This document shows positions 10,351 through 22,455 of a stretch of 64,000 bases of DNA, one piece after another (the first letter of the stretch is position 1; every line of letters begins with the position of its first letter). Position numbers and translations under genes: made by a program. Location of the stretch: positions 79 through 64,078 of the forward strand of contig JAODMF010000003.1 of the NCBI GenBank assembly GCA_025464095.1. Direction: 5' to 3'. This DNA is from Glaciihabitans sp. Its GTDB lineage: Bacteria; Actinomycetota; Actinomycetes; Actinomycetales; Microbacteriaceae. The notes beneath the pieces were generated by a model. The model was given only the letters and a program-made list of their open reading frames with translations. It was not told where the DNA came from and ran no database searches.

Positions 10351-11694
10351 GTGGTGAACTCGCGAAGGTCCTGGCTGATCTTCGCGGCGGCCTCTTTCGC
10401 CTACCTCATTGCCGTCATGCAGCGAACCTCGCTGGGCGTTGCCGGGGTGGATGCCACGCAGCGCTTCGGCGTCTCAGCGGCCGTGCTCTCGACTCTGGCC
10501 GTCGTGCAACTCGTCGTCTATGCCGTGCTGCAGGTGCCCGTCGGGGTGATGCTGGACCGGCTCGGTGCGCGCCGCCTCATTGCCACCGGCGCGATCCTCA
10601 TGCTCATCGGCCAGGTCATCCTGGCCTTTGCGCCGAACATCGGATCGGCGATCGGCGGCCGCATCCTGGTCGGCGCGGGCGATGCGATGACATTCATCTC
10701 GATCCTGCGACTGCTCGCCAACTGGTTCTCCGGCAGGTCGCTGCCGATCGCTTCGCAGTGGCTGGGTACGCTCGGCCAGGTCGGCCAGATCCTCTCGGCC
10801 ATTCCGCTGGCGATCGTGCTGCACAGCGCGGGGTGGGAGCCGACCTTTCTATCCGCCGCCGCGGCATCCGTCGTGGCGCTCGTTGCTGTGCTGCTCGTGG
10901 TGCGCAATGGCGTCTCGCCTCGCACGATGTCGATCGAGGTCCCGGTCGGGCGAAAGTCTCCGGTGCAGCAGGTGCGCGAGGCGCTGGGCCGACCCGGCAC
11001 GCGGCTGGGCTTCTGGTCGCATTTCGTGACGCAGTCATCCGGCTCAATGTTCAGCCTGCTGTGGGGAGTGCCCTTTATCTCGGTCGGGCTCGGCTACGGC
11101 CCCGCCGCTGCCTCCCTCATGCTCACCCTGATCGTCCTGGCGGGAGTAGTCAGCGGACCGATCCTTGGCGTATTGACGGCGCGCTATCCGTTGAGGCGCA
11201 GCAATGTCGTGCTGGGGATCGTCGTTGCCATGGCCGTGGCGTGGGCGATCGTGCTGGCCTGGCCAGGCCAGCCTCCGCTCGCGGCGGTGCTCCTCTTGAT
11301 CGTGGTGATCGCCGTCGGCGGCCCGGGATCGCTGATCGGCTTCGATTTTGCGCGCACGTTCAATCCGCTGCGCAATCTTGGATCAGCCAACGGCATCGTC
11401 AATGTTGGCGGGTTCACCGCCTCCTTCGTCATGATGCTGCTGATCGGGTTGGTTCTCGATGGCCTTGACCGGGCATCCGGCGGCCATGGGGACCCCTCGA
11501 CCCTGTATTCGCTCGACAACTTTCGCATCGCCTTCCTCGTTCAGTACGTCGTCGTCGGCATCGGTGTGATCTTCGTGATCCGTGCCCGGCGCCAGACCAG
11601 GCAGCGATTGCACGAGCAGGAGGGAATACGAGTGGCCCCTCTGTGGGTTGCTATAGGCAGGGCGTGGCGCAGACGCAGGCCGAGGCAATCCTGA
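10351..11694 (+). CDS. MFS transporter
   Basis: 447 aa, about 12 predicted TM helices, MFS loop motif GVMLDRLGARR. GTG start. Confidence 0.8.
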   Translation: MVNSRRSWLIFAAASFAYLIAVMQRTSLGVAGVDATQRFGVSAAVLSTLAVVQLVVYAVLQVPVGVMLDRLGARRLIATGAILMLIGQVILAFAPNIGSAIGGRILVGAGDAMTFISILRLLANWFSGRSLPIASQWLGTLGQVGQILSAIPLAIVLHSAGWEPTFLSAAAASVVALVAVLLVVRNGVSPRTMSIEVPVGRKSPVQQVREALGRPGTRLGFWSHFVTQSSGSMFSLLWGVPFISVGLGYGPAAASLMLTLIVLAGVVSGPILGVLTARYPLRRSNVVLGIVVAMAVAWAIVLAWPGQPPLAAVLLLIVVIAVGGPGSLIGFDFARTFNPLRNLGSANGIVNVGGFTASFVMMLLIGLVLDGLDRASGGHGDPSTLYSLDNFRIAFLVQYVVVGIGVIFVIRARRQTRQRLHEQEGIRVAPLWVAIGRAWRRRRPRQS

Positions 11695-11765
11695 ACCGTG
11701 CGGCCCCGAACGGAGCGGCGCTCCGCTCCGAATAACTCTGGCGGAACCGCTATTAGTGCATAAGG

Positions 11766-11789
11766 CCGGGTGCTGGCAAGAGCACCCGG
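11766..11789 (+). terminator. stem-loop downstream of the MFS gene (possible U-tract-less terminator)
   Basis: 9-bp perfect stem ccgggtgct/agcacccgg with a 6-nt loop, 72 nt after the stop codon. No T-run follows. Confidence 0.35.
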
Positions 11790-11939
11790 GAAACCGTGCA
11801 ATAATTGGTTTCAAGGCCCGGTCTAACCTCCGTGGAACGCAACTCGATTCGTCGTGTCGCCCATGAGGACTTGACATGGGTCTTAGTGCTGCCCAAAAGG
11901 CAGCACCCCTGCCCATAAACCCCCCTGAAAGGTGTTCGA

Positions 11940-13304
<1,365 letters not shown>

Positions 13305-13311
13305 GTCGACA

Positions 13312-14562
13312 CTGCTTCGGTACGCGCCGGCCATCGCGGTCGGCCGGCTCGTGCGGGTTGCCGCACGCCTGCGTAAGCGCGGGGGCGGCTCCGCCGTGCC
13401 CGGGCTCGTCGTCAATCGGCTCGCCCCCGGCTTTCTGTCGAGCGCGCTCGACGGATTCGCCGACGGCCTGGTGATTGTTACCGGTTCGAGCGGCAAGTCG
13501 ACGACGACCAAGATGCTCGTGGCCATCCTCGAGGCGCACGGGAAGCGCGTGTTCACCAACCCGTCGACCGCGAACATTGCGCAGGGACTCACGAGCGCGC
13601 TGCTCGAGCGCGCGTCGCTGGGTGGCGTCGTGGATGCGGACATTGCGGTGCTCGAGATGGATGAGGGTCATGGCGCCCGCATCGCGCCGCTGCTGAACCC
13701 GCGGACGGTGCTCCTCACCAACGTGATGACCGACCAGATCGACCGGTTCCACGATTCGGAGATGGTGGCCGGGATGCTGGAGACGATCGCCGCGAGGGCA
13801 TCCGACTTTCTCGTGGTCAACGCCGACGACGCGATGCTGGTCTCCCTCGCCGGCGGCCTTGATGGGAGCGCCGTTCAGGCGCGCTACGGCGTGGATGCCA
13901 GCGTGCTGGCTGCCAGCCCGCGTGGCCTCGGTTACGCAAAGGAATCGGTCACACGTCTCGCGCCGGCCGACGGCACCGTGGTCACCGCCGTTGAGGGGCG
14001 CTTGGCAACGGTCACGCTCGCCGGCGAACCCTGGCCGATTACCCTCCCCGCCCGCGGAACGCACTACGCCGTGGATGCCGCTGCCGCGCTTACTGCGGCG
14101 CAGGCCGTGCTCGGGTCGTCGTTCGATCCCGCGGTCGCCACCACGACGCTCAGCGCCGTGGCGCCGGTGTTCGGGCGCGGCGAGGTCGTGACAGTGCGGG
14201 GAAAGTCCGTCGAGTTCGTGCTCGTACAGAACCCGGCCAGCTTCCAGCTCAATATCGACAGCCTGCAGGCGGGTCTCGACCAGGTGCTGTTCGCGATGGG
14301 GTCCGACGTTCGCGATCCCTCCTACTTCTGGCCGGTCGACGCCTCATCGCTTGGCCGGGTGACGGTCGCGAGTGGCTCGAAAGCCACCGAGCTCGCGCTG
14401 CAGCTCACGTACCAGGGCGTTGTCGTCGACGCGGTCGTGCCCGACCTAGGACGGGCACTCGACGACTTTTTGTCCCTCCCAGAGCCGAGGGTCGGCGTGA
14501 AGACGATCATCTTCACCGCGGACTCGATGCGACGAACGCGCACCCACCTGGAGCTGACGTGA
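13312..14562 (+). CDS. murT: lipid II isoglutaminyl synthase subunit MurT (Mur ligase family)
   Basis: Mur-ligase P-loop TGSSGKSTTTKM and a conserved N-terminal helix ...RLVRVAARLRKRGGGSAVPG. The start is ambiguous: ATG 13216 overlaps sigA by 89 nt, the next canonical start is GTG 13351, and CTG 13312 fits the homologous N-terminus. Confidence 0.85.
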   Translation: MLRYAPAIAVGRLVRVAARLRKRGGGSAVPGLVVNRLAPGFLSSALDGFADGLVIVTGSSGKSTTTKMLVAILEAHGKRVFTNPSTANIAQGLTSALLERASLGGVVDADIAVLEMDEGHGARIAPLLNPRTVLLTNVMTDQIDRFHDSEMVAGMLETIAARASDFLVVNADDAMLVSLAGGLDGSAVQARYGVDASVLAASPRGLGYAKESVTRLAPADGTVVTAVEGRLATVTLAGEPWPITLPARGTHYAVDAAAALTAAQAVLGSSFDPAVATTTLSAVAPVFGRGEVVTVRGKSVEFVLVQNPASFQLNIDSLQAGLDQVLFAMGSDVRDPSYFWPVDASSLGRVTVASGSKATELALQLTYQGVVVDAVVPDLGRALDDFLSLPEPRVGVKTIIFTADSMRRTRTHLELT

Positions 14563-15278
14563 CGAACCTGCGCATCCTTTCGATCTTTCCGTCCCTGCTC
14601 AATGTCAATGGCGACGCTGCGAACGCACTGGTGCTCGCCCAGCGCGCGCGATGGGCAGGGCACCCCGCCCGGATCGACGAGCTGGAGCCAGGCGGCCAGC
14701 TTTCCGTCGTCCCGGATCTCGTCGTGATCGGATCGACCGCGGATGCGAGCCTGCCCGAGGTTGCCAACGGTCTCGCCGGCATCCGCACAGAGCTGGCCGA
14801 TTGGATCGAGGGTGGTACCCCTGTGCTCGCGGTCGGCTCCGGCATGGACCTCCTGGGGGAGGACTTCGCCATACCCACCGAGACGGTGAGTGCACTCCGT
14901 ATTGTCCCCGGCGGCGTGCCAGACGCTCCGCTCGGTCGCGTGGCGGACGACCTGGTCGTCAATTCCTCGTTCGGCCGGTTGGTCGGGTTCGAGAACCACT
15001 ACCGCGGATTCAGCCTGGGGGAGGGCGCCCTGCCGCTCGGTCGCGTGGAGTACGGGGTCGGCAATGATCGCTCCACCGAGGGTTTCGTCTACAGGAACGC
15101 GTACGGGACACACCTGCACGGCCCCGTGCTGGCGAAGAACCCGGCGTTCGCCGACCACCTGCTCGGCCTGGTGATCCCCGGTTACGACTCGCGCAGCGTT
15201 CCGGCGGGACGCGCGGATGACATGGCAAAAGCCGCGCGCAATTCGATTGCGGCGCGGCTTTCGCTGGTGTCTGAGTGA
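14559..15278 (+). CDS. gatD: glutamine amidotransferase GatD (CobQ/CobB-type GATase partner of MurT)
   Basis: N-terminus LRILSIFPSLLNVNGDAANALVL. It has a GTGA overlap with murT, and the murT-gatD pairing is conserved. Confidence 0.85.
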   Translation: MTNLRILSIFPSLLNVNGDAANALVLAQRARWAGHPARIDELEPGGQLSVVPDLVVIGSTADASLPEVANGLAGIRTELADWIEGGTPVLAVGSGMDLLGEDFAIPTETVSALRIVPGGVPDAPLGRVADDLVVNSSFGRLVGFENHYRGFSLGEGALPLGRVEYGVGNDRSTEGFVYRNAYGTHLHGPVLAKNPAFADHLLGLVIPGYDSRSVPAGRADDMAKAARNSIAARLSLVSE

Positions 15279-15281
15279 GAG

Positions 15282-15509
15282 CTAGTTGTTAGCTTCTTCG
15301 AGGAGTCGGCTGGACTCATCGTGCCATTCGAGGGCGGTTGCCGAAAGCTTTTCCTTGAACTGGGCACCGTGGTGAGCGCAGAAGAACAGTTCGCCGGTAC
15401 TCATCGTTACGCGCACGTAGGCCTGGGCACCGCAGCTGTCACAGCGGTCAAGCGCGCTGAGCTGGTGGGCGGAGTCGAGCTCGAGGTGGTCGGTGGCGAT
15501 CTGAGTCAT
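15282..15509 (-). CDS. small conserved actinobacterial protein with CxxC...CxHH zinc-ribbon-like motif
   Basis: 75 aa, CDSCGAQAYVRV...FFCAHHG. The composition is coding-like. The family number is not recalled reliably. Confidence 0.7.
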   Translation of the reverse strand: MTQIATDHLELDSAHQLSALDRCDSCGAQAYVRVTMSTGELFFCAHHGAQFKEKLSATALEWHDESSRLLEEANN

Positions 15510-15716
15510 GGGCTGCTCCTGTCGGGCTCGGATGAAAATTTCCCGTACCTCAATACAAGCATGGCGATGTTACAGACGTGCGACATTTGCCGGGTATTTC
15601 GCTGTACGCATAACCGGCATCGCGATTCGCACAGGGTCGGGTGTCGGTTGCGTGAGCGGCCGCTCGCCCTAGGTACTGTTGAGGACTGGCTCGTTCCCGG
15701 GGCCGCGTAAGAAGGA

Positions 15717-17804
15717 GTGACCGTGGCAAGTTCGGACTATTCGGCTCGGCACCTGTCGGTGTTGGAAGGGCTCGAAGCCGTCCGTAAACGGCCCGGCATG
15801 TACATCGGTTCGACAGATGCCCGCGGCCTTATGCACTGCCTCTGGGAGATCATCGACAACTCGGTGGATGAAGCCCTCGCGGGTCATGGATCGCAGATCA
15901 GCGTCATCCTGCACGCCGACGACTCGGTCGAGGTGCATGACCGCGCCCGCGGCATCCCCGTCGATATCGAGCCGAAGACCGGACTCACCGGCGTCGAGGT
16001 CGTTTTCACGAAACTGCACGCCGGAGGCAAATTCGGTTCGGGGTCCTATGCGGCATCCGGCGGACTCCACGGCGTCGGGGCATCGGTGGTCAACGCGTTA
16101 TCCGAACGGCTGGATGTCGAGGTCGATCGCGACGGCAAGACCTACGCCATGTCGTTTCACCGCGGCGAGCCCGGCATCTTCGATGACAACGGTGGCGAGA
16201 AGACACCGGATGCGCCGTTCGCGCCGTTCGTCTCCGGGAGCGAGCTGCGGGTCGTCGGCAAGGTGGCCAGGGGGGTCACCGGCACGCGCATCCGCTACTG
16301 GGCAGACCGCCAGATCTTCACGAAGGGTGCGGACTTCCAGACCGAGGAACTCTTCTCCCGGGCACGCCAGACGGCGTTCCTCGTTTCGGGCCTCAGCATC
16401 GATATCGCTGACCAGCGCGGTGCGGAGCCGACCAGCCAGACCTTCAGCTTCGCCGGCGGCATTTCCGAGTTCGTCGAGTACCTGAGCCCGGATGCCGCGC
16501 TCACCGACACCTGGCGGATGCAGGGTTCCGGCACGTTTACAGAGACGGTGCCCGTGCTGCAGCCGACCGGCGCGATGGTGCCGACGGAGCTGACCCGCGA
16601 CTGCGAGGTCGACATCGCGCTGCGCTGGGGAACCGGGTACGAAACAGTGTTCCGCAGCTTCGTCAACATCATCGCGACGCCCAAGGGCGGAACACACCAG
16701 GCCGGGTTCGAGCAGGGACTGATGAAGTTCCTGCGGTCGCAGGTGGAACTGAACGCGCGCCGCCTGAAGGTGGGCACCGACAAGCTGGAGAAGGACGACA
16801 TCCTCGCGGGCCTGACGGCCGTGCTCACCGTGCGCCTTCCCGAGCCACAGTTCGAGGGGCAGACGAAGGAGATTCTGGGTACGCCGGCGGTTCGTGCCAT
16901 CGTCGCCGCGGTCATCGCCAAGACGATGGGGGAGCGCTTCTCCTCGCCTAAGCGTGACGACAAGGCGCAGACCGCGCTCGTGCTCGACAAGATCGTCGCG
17001 GAGATGAAGTCCCGCATCTCGGCCCGCGCCCACAAGGAAACCCAGCGCCGCAAGAACGCGCTGGAATCATCATCCCTGCCCGCGAAGCTCGTGGACTGCC
17101 GCTCGAACGACGTGCTCAACAGCGAGCTCATGATCGTCGAGGGCGATTCGGCGCTCGGAACCGCCAAGCTCGCGCGCGACAGCGAATACCAGGCGCTGCT
17201 GCCCATTCGGGGCAAGATTCTTAACGTCCAGAAGGCATCCGTCTCGGACATGCTGTCGAATGCGGAGTGCGCGTCGATCATCCAGGTGATCGGTGCCGGA
17301 TCCGGGCGGTCGTTCGACATCAGCCAGGCCCGTTACGGCAAGGTCATCATCATGAGCGACGCGGATGTCGATGGCGCCCACATCCGCACGCTGCTGCTCA
17401 CCCTGTTCTTCCGCTACATGCGCCCGATGATCGAGGAGGGCCGTGTATTCGCGGCCGTCCCGCCACTGCATCGCGTGATCGTGATGAACCCCGGGTCGAA
17501 ACCGAACGAGACGATCTATACCTACTCCGAGAAAGAACTGGACGGCGTTCTCGCGGGGCTCAAGCGCCAGAACAAGCGCTACCAGGACCCGATTCAGCGG
17601 TACAAGGGGCTGGGCGAGATGGATGCCGACCAGCTGTCGGCAACAACGATGGATCGCCGCTACCGAACGCTCCGCCGGGTGCAGGTGAATGACGCCGAGG
17701 ACGCCGCGCGGGTCTTCGAGCTGCTCATGGGCAACGAGGTTGCACCCCGCAAGGAGTTCATCATCGCCGGAGATGGCCTGAACCGCGACCGCATCGACAT
17801 GTAG
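15717..17804 (+). CDS. parE: type IIA DNA topoisomerase subunit B (topoisomerase IV ParE-like)
   Basis: GHKL ATPase (LEAVRKRPGMYIGS, GGLHGVGASVVNALS) and TOPRIM (EGDSA, PIRGKILNV, MSDADVDGAHI). AAGGAG RBS precedes the GTG start. Called Topo IV rather than gyrase on context (near sigA, not near oriC). Confidence 0.9.
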   Translation: MTVASSDYSARHLSVLEGLEAVRKRPGMYIGSTDARGLMHCLWEIIDNSVDEALAGHGSQISVILHADDSVEVHDRARGIPVDIEPKTGLTGVEVVFTKLHAGGKFGSGSYAASGGLHGVGASVVNALSERLDVEVDRDGKTYAMSFHRGEPGIFDDNGGEKTPDAPFAPFVSGSELRVVGKVARGVTGTRIRYWADRQIFTKGADFQTEELFSRARQTAFLVSGLSIDIADQRGAEPTSQTFSFAGGISEFVEYLSPDAALTDTWRMQGSGTFTETVPVLQPTGAMVPTELTRDCEVDIALRWGTGYETVFRSFVNIIATPKGGTHQAGFEQGLMKFLRSQVELNARRLKVGTDKLEKDDILAGLTAVLTVRLPEPQFEGQTKEILGTPAVRAIVAAVIAKTMGERFSSPKRDDKAQTALVLDKIVAEMKSRISARAHKETQRRKNALESSSLPAKLVDCRSNDVLNSELMIVEGDSALGTAKLARDSEYQALLPIRGKILNVQKASVSDMLSNAECASIIQVIGAGSGRSFDISQARYGKVIIMSDADVDGAHIRTLLLTLFFRYMRPMIEEGRVFAAVPPLHRVIVMNPGSKPNETIYTYSEKELDGVLAGLKRQNKRYQDPIQRYKGLGEMDADQLSATTMDRRYRTLRRVQVNDAEDAARVFELLMGNEVAPRKEFIIAGDGLNRDRIDM

Positions 17805-17819
17805 GACTCGCGCCGCACG

Positions 17820-18398
17820 CTAGCGGCGGGCGTTCTCCCAGGTCTCGCGAGTCAGTTCATACTCGACCTCGCCCTGTTCGGTGCCGTCAATCGGGTCATC
17901 CAACTTCTCATGGACCGTTCGCACGAAGCTGAGACCGGAACGCTCCAGCACGGAGCGCCCCAGGCTGTTCACCGCCATCGTCCGGGCCCAGACTCTCGTG
18001 ACGCTGGGCTCGGCGAAGGCCGCTGCGATGAGCGCAACGGAGCCTTCCGTGGCGAATCCGTTTCCCCACGCGCGCTTGACAAGGCGATACTCCAATTCGG
18101 CCTGCGTGCCGTCGGCTTCACCGGACGCGTTCCTCGGCTCGATGGCGATCCAGCCGAGAAACGCGCTGCTCTCGCGTTCCTGCAGCGCCCAGTAGCCGAG
18201 GTGGTCGTACTGTTCCTGGTAGCTGAGCCAGGTGGGCAGGATCTCCTGCTCGATCTTCTCGCGTGTGGTCGGGTTGCCGTTGGTAAGGAAACGCATCACG
18301 TCCGGGTCGGAATTCAGGGTCACCAGATGGTCAACATCGTCGGCGGTGAACGGCCGCAACACCAGTCGTTCGGTCTCAATCGGGTCGCGCATCGTCAC
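17820..18398 (-). CDS. GNAT family N-acetyltransferase (RimJ/RimL-like)
   Basis: TERLVLRPFTADDVDHLVTLNSDPDVMRF and the acetyl-CoA region RAWGNGFATEG. GTGA overlap with the upstream Nudix gene. Confidence 0.85.
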   Translation of the reverse strand: MTMRDPIETERLVLRPFTADDVDHLVTLNSDPDVMRFLTNGNPTTREKIEQEILPTWLSYQEQYDHLGYWALQERESSAFLGWIAIEPRNASGEADGTQAELEYRLVKRAWGNGFATEGSVALIAAAFAEPSVTRVWARTMAVNSLGRSVLERSGLSFVRTVHEKLDDPIDGTEQGEVEYELTRETWENARR

Positions 18399-18820
18399 TC
18401 CTTCGTTTCGCCGGTACGGCTGTCAATCAGGGCGAGTGCCTCATCCGGGAACAGTAGCGCGTCATCGTCACGGAATGCTTCGAGCGGCTGCCATTCCGCG
18501 TCTCCGGTGAGCGCGGGCGGGTCCGTCAGTTCGCACTCGAAGAACCACGTAACGCGGTCGCTCGAGGTGCCGAGCGATTTCATGACCTCATCGCCGCGGG
18601 CAAGCAACGACAGGTTCGTCACGTCGATCCCCGTCTGTTCGAGAACAAACCGTCGGGCTTCCGCTTCTGCGTGCTCGCCGAAGTCGACGCGACCACCGGG
18701 GAGGTGGAACTGCGGGATGGGAGCGCCGTCGCCCTGCCGGCGGATGACCAGGAGCTCGCCGCCACGCCGGACCACCGCATAGGCGTACTCGGTTGTTGGG
18801 ATGTTGGCCGTAGTGCTCAC
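18395..18820 (-). CDS. NUDIX-fold protein with a degenerate Nudix box
   Basis: [23 protein letters not shown] aligns to Gx5Ex7REUxEExGU, but RE is RF and EE is EQ. GTG start overlaps the parC stop (GTGA). Confidence 0.8.
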   Translation of the reverse strand: MSTTANIPTTEYAYAVVRRGGELLVIRRQGDGAPIPQFHLPGGRVDFGEHAEAEARRFVLEQTGIDVTNLSLLARGDEVMKSLGTSSDRVTWFFECELTDPPALTGDAEWQPLEAFRDDDALLFPDEALALIDSRTGETKE

Positions 18821-21270
18821 AGGCTGGTTCCGATCGATCCGACAACGGCATCGAGCGGCGAACCAGACGCGTCACGCCGGGCACCGGCCTCAGGGAGTGT
18901 TCGGGCGGCGCCGTCCGGCCCGACGGCGAGGGCGGGCGCGGCACCCGCCCAGGCGAGCTCAAGGCGGTCCTCGCCCTTGAGGAAGGAATGCGCCCGAACG
19001 CCCCCGGTGGCACGTCCCTTGCCCGGAAACTCGGACAGCGCGGACACCTTCGCGCGCCCGGGATCAGTGCCGGGGATGGTGGCACTGGACCCGGAAATGG
19101 TGGCCACCACGACATCCGCAGCGGCAGGCAGAGCGTCGAAGAAGATCACCTCGGCCCCCGAGCCGAGGTTGATGCCGGCCATTCCACCCGCGGAGGCACC
19201 CTGCGGACGCACGGCGCCAGCGGAGAAGTGGAGCAACTGTGCGTCACTCGAGACAAAAACGAGTTCGCTCGTCTCCGGCGCCTGCCGCGCGCCGATCACG
19301 GCGTCACCGGCCTTCAGCGCGATGACCTCGAATTCCGGTTTGCCGGGCAGGCCTGCCGCAGCGACGCGCTTGACAATGCCCTGCTTCGTGCCGAGGGCGA
19401 ACGGCTCGTCGGAGGTGAGCGAGACCAGCCCGACGACCATCTCCCCGGCGCCGAGAGCGACGTAGTCGGCGATTTTCACGCCAGCCGCGAGCTGGATGGA
19501 GTTCTCGGGAACACTCGGCAGGTCGACGGGGGAGAATCGCACGAGGCGGCCGCGGCTCGTGATCGCGCCGAGCTCCCCGCGGGTCGTGGTGACGAGCGTC
19601 GCGCGGATCGCGTCGTGCTTGCTCCGGCGGCGCACCGCACTCGGTGCGTCGGCCAGTTCCTCTGCGAGGTCGACACGGATAGCGCGGCCGGTCGTCGACA
19701 GGATGACGCGGCACGGCGCATCCGCGATCTCGAGCACCGGTGCATCCCTGCGCGAGGACGCCGTGGCGATGGATGGCCGAGCCTCGGTCAGCAACGTGCG
19801 CCGCGGAGTGCCGAAGCGCTCCGCGATCTCCTCCAGCTCGGTGGAGACTACCCGACGGATACGTTCGGGGTCAGAGAGGATCGCCTCGAGTTCCTCGATC
19901 TCCGCACGCAGCTTGTCGCGCTCCGCTTCGAGTTCGATACGGCTGAAGCGGGTGAGACGACGAAGGCGCAGCTCCAGGATGTACTCGGCCTGGATCGAGT
20001 CGAGTTCGAATACCTCGGTCAGTCGAGTACGCGCCTGCTCGCTGTCGTCGCTCGTGCGGATTACCTGGATGACCTCGTCGATGTCGAGGATGGCAATCAG
20101 CAGGCCGGCAACCAGGTGCAGTCGCTCCCGGCGGCGGGCCAGCCGGAACTGACTGCGGCGGGTGACGACCTGCAGGCGGTGGTCCACGTAGACCTGCAGG
20201 AGTTCCTTGAGACCGAGTGTGCGCGGCCCGCCATTGACCAGGGCGACGTTGTTGATATTGAAGCTGTCTTCGAGCGGCGTGAACCGGTACAGCTGGTCGA
20301 GCACGGCATCCGGGCTGAAACCCGTCTTGATGCCGATCACGAGGCGCAGTCCGTGCTTGCGGTCGGTGAGGTCGGTGACGTCCGAGATGCCGTTGAGCTT
20401 CTTGGAGGTCACGCCGTCCTTGATCTTCTCGATGACCTTCTCGGGACCGACCAGGTACGGCAGCTCGGTGACGACGAGGCCCGACTTGCGGGGCGAGATC
20501 GCCTCGACCGCTACCTTCGCTCGCGTGCGGAACGCGCCGCGGCCGGTAGCGTACGCGTCGCGGATTCCGGCGAGGCCGCTGATCGTTCCGCCGGTCGGCA
20601 GGTCGGGCCCGGGGACGAAGGCCATGAGGTCGTCAAGGGTTGCATCCGGATTGTCGATCAGGTGACGCGCCGCACCGATGACCTCGATCAGGTTGTGTGG
20701 CGCCATGTTCGTCGCCATGCCGACCGCGATCCCGCTGGCGCCATTGACGAGCAGGTTCGGAAAGGCGGCGGGCAGCACGGAGGGCTGGGTGAACTGGTTG
20801 TCGTAGTTCGGAACCAGGTCGACGACATCCTCGTCCAGGCCGTCGGTCATCGCGAGGGCGGCCGCATCGAGGCGCACTTCCGTGTACCGCGGGGCCGCGG
20901 GGCCGTCGTCGAGCGAGCCGAAGTTGCCGTGGCCGTCCACGAGGGGAACGCGGAGGATGAAGTCCTGGGTGAGTCGAACCATCGCGTCGTAGATGGACGC
21001 GTCGCCGTGGGGATGCAGCTTGCCCATCACATCGCCGACGACACGTGATGACTTCACATGACCGCGGTCCGGGCGCAGGCCCATCTCGGTCATCTGGTAA
21101 AGGATGCGTCGTTGCACGGGCTTGAGCCCGTCGCGAGCGTCTGGAAGGGCGCGGGAATAGATGACCGAGTACGCGTACTCGAGGAATGAGCCCTGCATTT
21201 CGGCGGAGACATCGACATCTTCGATGCGTTCGCCAGAAGTCTCGAGGGGGGTGTCTGGAGGAATAGTCAT
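18817..21270 (-). CDS. parC: type IIA DNA topoisomerase subunit A (topoisomerase IV ParC-like)
   Basis: 817 aa with [32 protein letters not shown] and the active-site region AAPRYTE. Confidence 0.9.
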   Translation of the reverse strand: MTIPPDTPLETSGERIEDVDVSAEMQGSFLEYAYSVIYSRALPDARDGLKPVQRRILYQMTEMGLRPDRGHVKSSRVVGDVMGKLHPHGDASIYDAMVRLTQDFILRVPLVDGHGNFGSLDDGPAAPRYTEVRLDAAALAMTDGLDEDVVDLVPNYDNQFTQPSVLPAAFPNLLVNGASGIAVGMATNMAPHNLIEVIGAARHLIDNPDATLDDLMAFVPGPDLPTGGTISGLAGIRDAYATGRGAFRTRAKVAVEAISPRKSGLVVTELPYLVGPEKVIEKIKDGVTSKKLNGISDVTDLTDRKHGLRLVIGIKTGFSPDAVLDQLYRFTPLEDSFNINNVALVNGGPRTLGLKELLQVYVDHRLQVVTRRSQFRLARRRERLHLVAGLLIAILDIDEVIQVIRTSDDSEQARTRLTEVFELDSIQAEYILELRLRRLTRFSRIELEAERDKLRAEIEELEAILSDPERIRRVVSTELEEIAERFGTPRRTLLTEARPSIATASSRRDAPVLEIADAPCRVILSTTGRAIRVDLAEELADAPSAVRRRSKHDAIRATLVTTTRGELGAITSRGRLVRFSPVDLPSVPENSIQLAAGVKIADYVALGAGEMVVGLVSLTSDEPFALGTKQGIVKRVAAAGLPGKPEFEVIALKAGDAVIGARQAPETSELVFVSSDAQLLHFSAGAVRPQGASAGGMAGINLGSGAEVIFFDALPAAADVVVATISGSSATIPGTDPGRAKVSALSEFPGKGRATGGVRAHSFLKGEDRLELAWAGAAPALAVGPDGAARTLPEAGARRDASGSPLDAVVGSIGTSL

Positions 21271-21282
21271 AGGATTGCCCCC

Positions 21283-22419
21283 ATGCTACCGGCGCCCAAA
21301 ACAGACCGGATCAGCATTGCCGACGTGTTGCCAAGTTGCCTCGCGGCCGTGGCAGGGCAGGGCAATCGACTGGGACTTCGCCGGGTTTCGAAGGCCGTTG
21401 TGCTGCTGGTGGACGGTCTCGGTGCGGCCGCTCTCGCGGCGCGCGCGGGCCACGCCCGCACCCTGGCAGGGGCGCTCCGCCCCGCGACCACCATCGACTC
21501 GGGCTTCCCGACGACGACAGCCTCGGCGCTCACGACGCTCACGACCGGCGTTGCCCCCGGCGAGCACGGGATGGTCGGCTACTCCGTGCTGGATTCCGCG
21601 AACGACCGCGTGGTCAACCAGTTGTCCGGCTGGGACGACGCGATCGACCCGCGCACCTGGCAGGCCGTGCCCACGCTTTTCGAACGGGCCACGGCATCCG
21701 GCGTTCGCGCGGGGGCCGTGGGACCGGAGCGGTACCGTGATTCCGATTTCAGCGCCGCAGTGCTGCGCGGCGCGGAATACATCTCGGGGGCGACGATCCA
21801 GGACCGCTTCGATGCCGCTCGCGCCTGGTTGTCCGCGGGCGGTGACGGCATCCTGTACGTCTACGTGCCCGAGCTCGATACCGTGGCGCACGCTCACGGC
21901 TGGGAGTCGAGCGAGTGGACCGAGCGATTGGAGCTGCTCGACGGCGCGGTGCGCTCCTTCGCCGCGTCGCTGCGCGCGGACGAGGGATTGCTCGTCACCG
22001 CGGATCACGGCGTGGTGGACATCCCGAACTCGTCGCACGTCGTGTTCGACACCGAGCCGGGGCTGGTCGAGGGCGTGCGACACATCGCGGGGGAGCCGCG
22101 GTGCCTCCAGTTGTACTTCGAGCCGGATCTCTCCGAGAACGCGCGGAACACCCTGGTGGAGCGGTGGCGGGAGTCGGAGTCCTCCCGCAGCTGGGTGGCG
22201 ACTCGCAGCGAGGCGATCGCCGCGAACTGGTTCGGCCCCGTGCGGCCGCACGTCGCGCCGCGGATCGGGGACCTTCTGGTCGCCGCGCGCAAGGCGATCG
22301 CGTACTACGACTCGAGCCCCGCATCGCTGCGCGGCCGGTCGATGATCGGCCAGCACGGATCCTGGTCGCCCGCCGAGGTGCGCGTGCCCCTGCTGCGGTT
22401 CGGGGCGTTCGCCCGCTAG
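21283..22419 (+). CDS. alkaline phosphatase / nucleotide pyrophosphatase superfamily protein
   Basis: [27 protein letters not shown] (metal/nucleophile region) and TADHG motifs. Confidence 0.8.
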   Translation: MLPAPKTDRISIADVLPSCLAAVAGQGNRLGLRRVSKAVVLLVDGLGAAALAARAGHARTLAGALRPATTIDSGFPTTTASALTTLTTGVAPGEHGMVGYSVLDSANDRVVNQLSGWDDAIDPRTWQAVPTLFERATASGVRAGAVGPERYRDSDFSAAVLRGAEYISGATIQDRFDAARAWLSAGGDGILYVYVPELDTVAHAHGWESSEWTERLELLDGAVRSFAASLRADEGLLVTADHGVVDIPNSSHVVFDTEPGLVEGVRHIAGEPRCLQLYFEPDLSENARNTLVERWRESESSRSWVATRSEAIAANWFGPVRPHVAPRIGDLLVAARKAIAYYDSSPASLRGRSMIGQHGSWSPAEVRVPLLRFGAFAR

Positions 22420-22455
22420 TTGCGCCGCCGCAGGCGGGTGGGGCTGCTGCCTCGG

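Noticed and set aside
11871-11906. TTGACA hexamer and an 8-bp hairpin (gtgctgcc-caaaa-ggcagcac) in the sigA leader as a promoter or regulatory element
   Set aside because: No acceptable -10 hexamer sits 16-18 nt downstream of the TTGACA. A single short hairpin without conservation data is insufficient.
15717-21270. Calling these genes gyrB/gyrA
   Set aside because: The type IIA motifs cannot by themselves separate gyrase from topoisomerase IV. The split, convergent arrangement next to sigA (as for parE/parC in Streptomyces, from memory), rather than the dnaA-gyrBA region, favours Topo IV. This needs phylogeny and inspection of the ParC/GyrA C-terminal GyrA-box.
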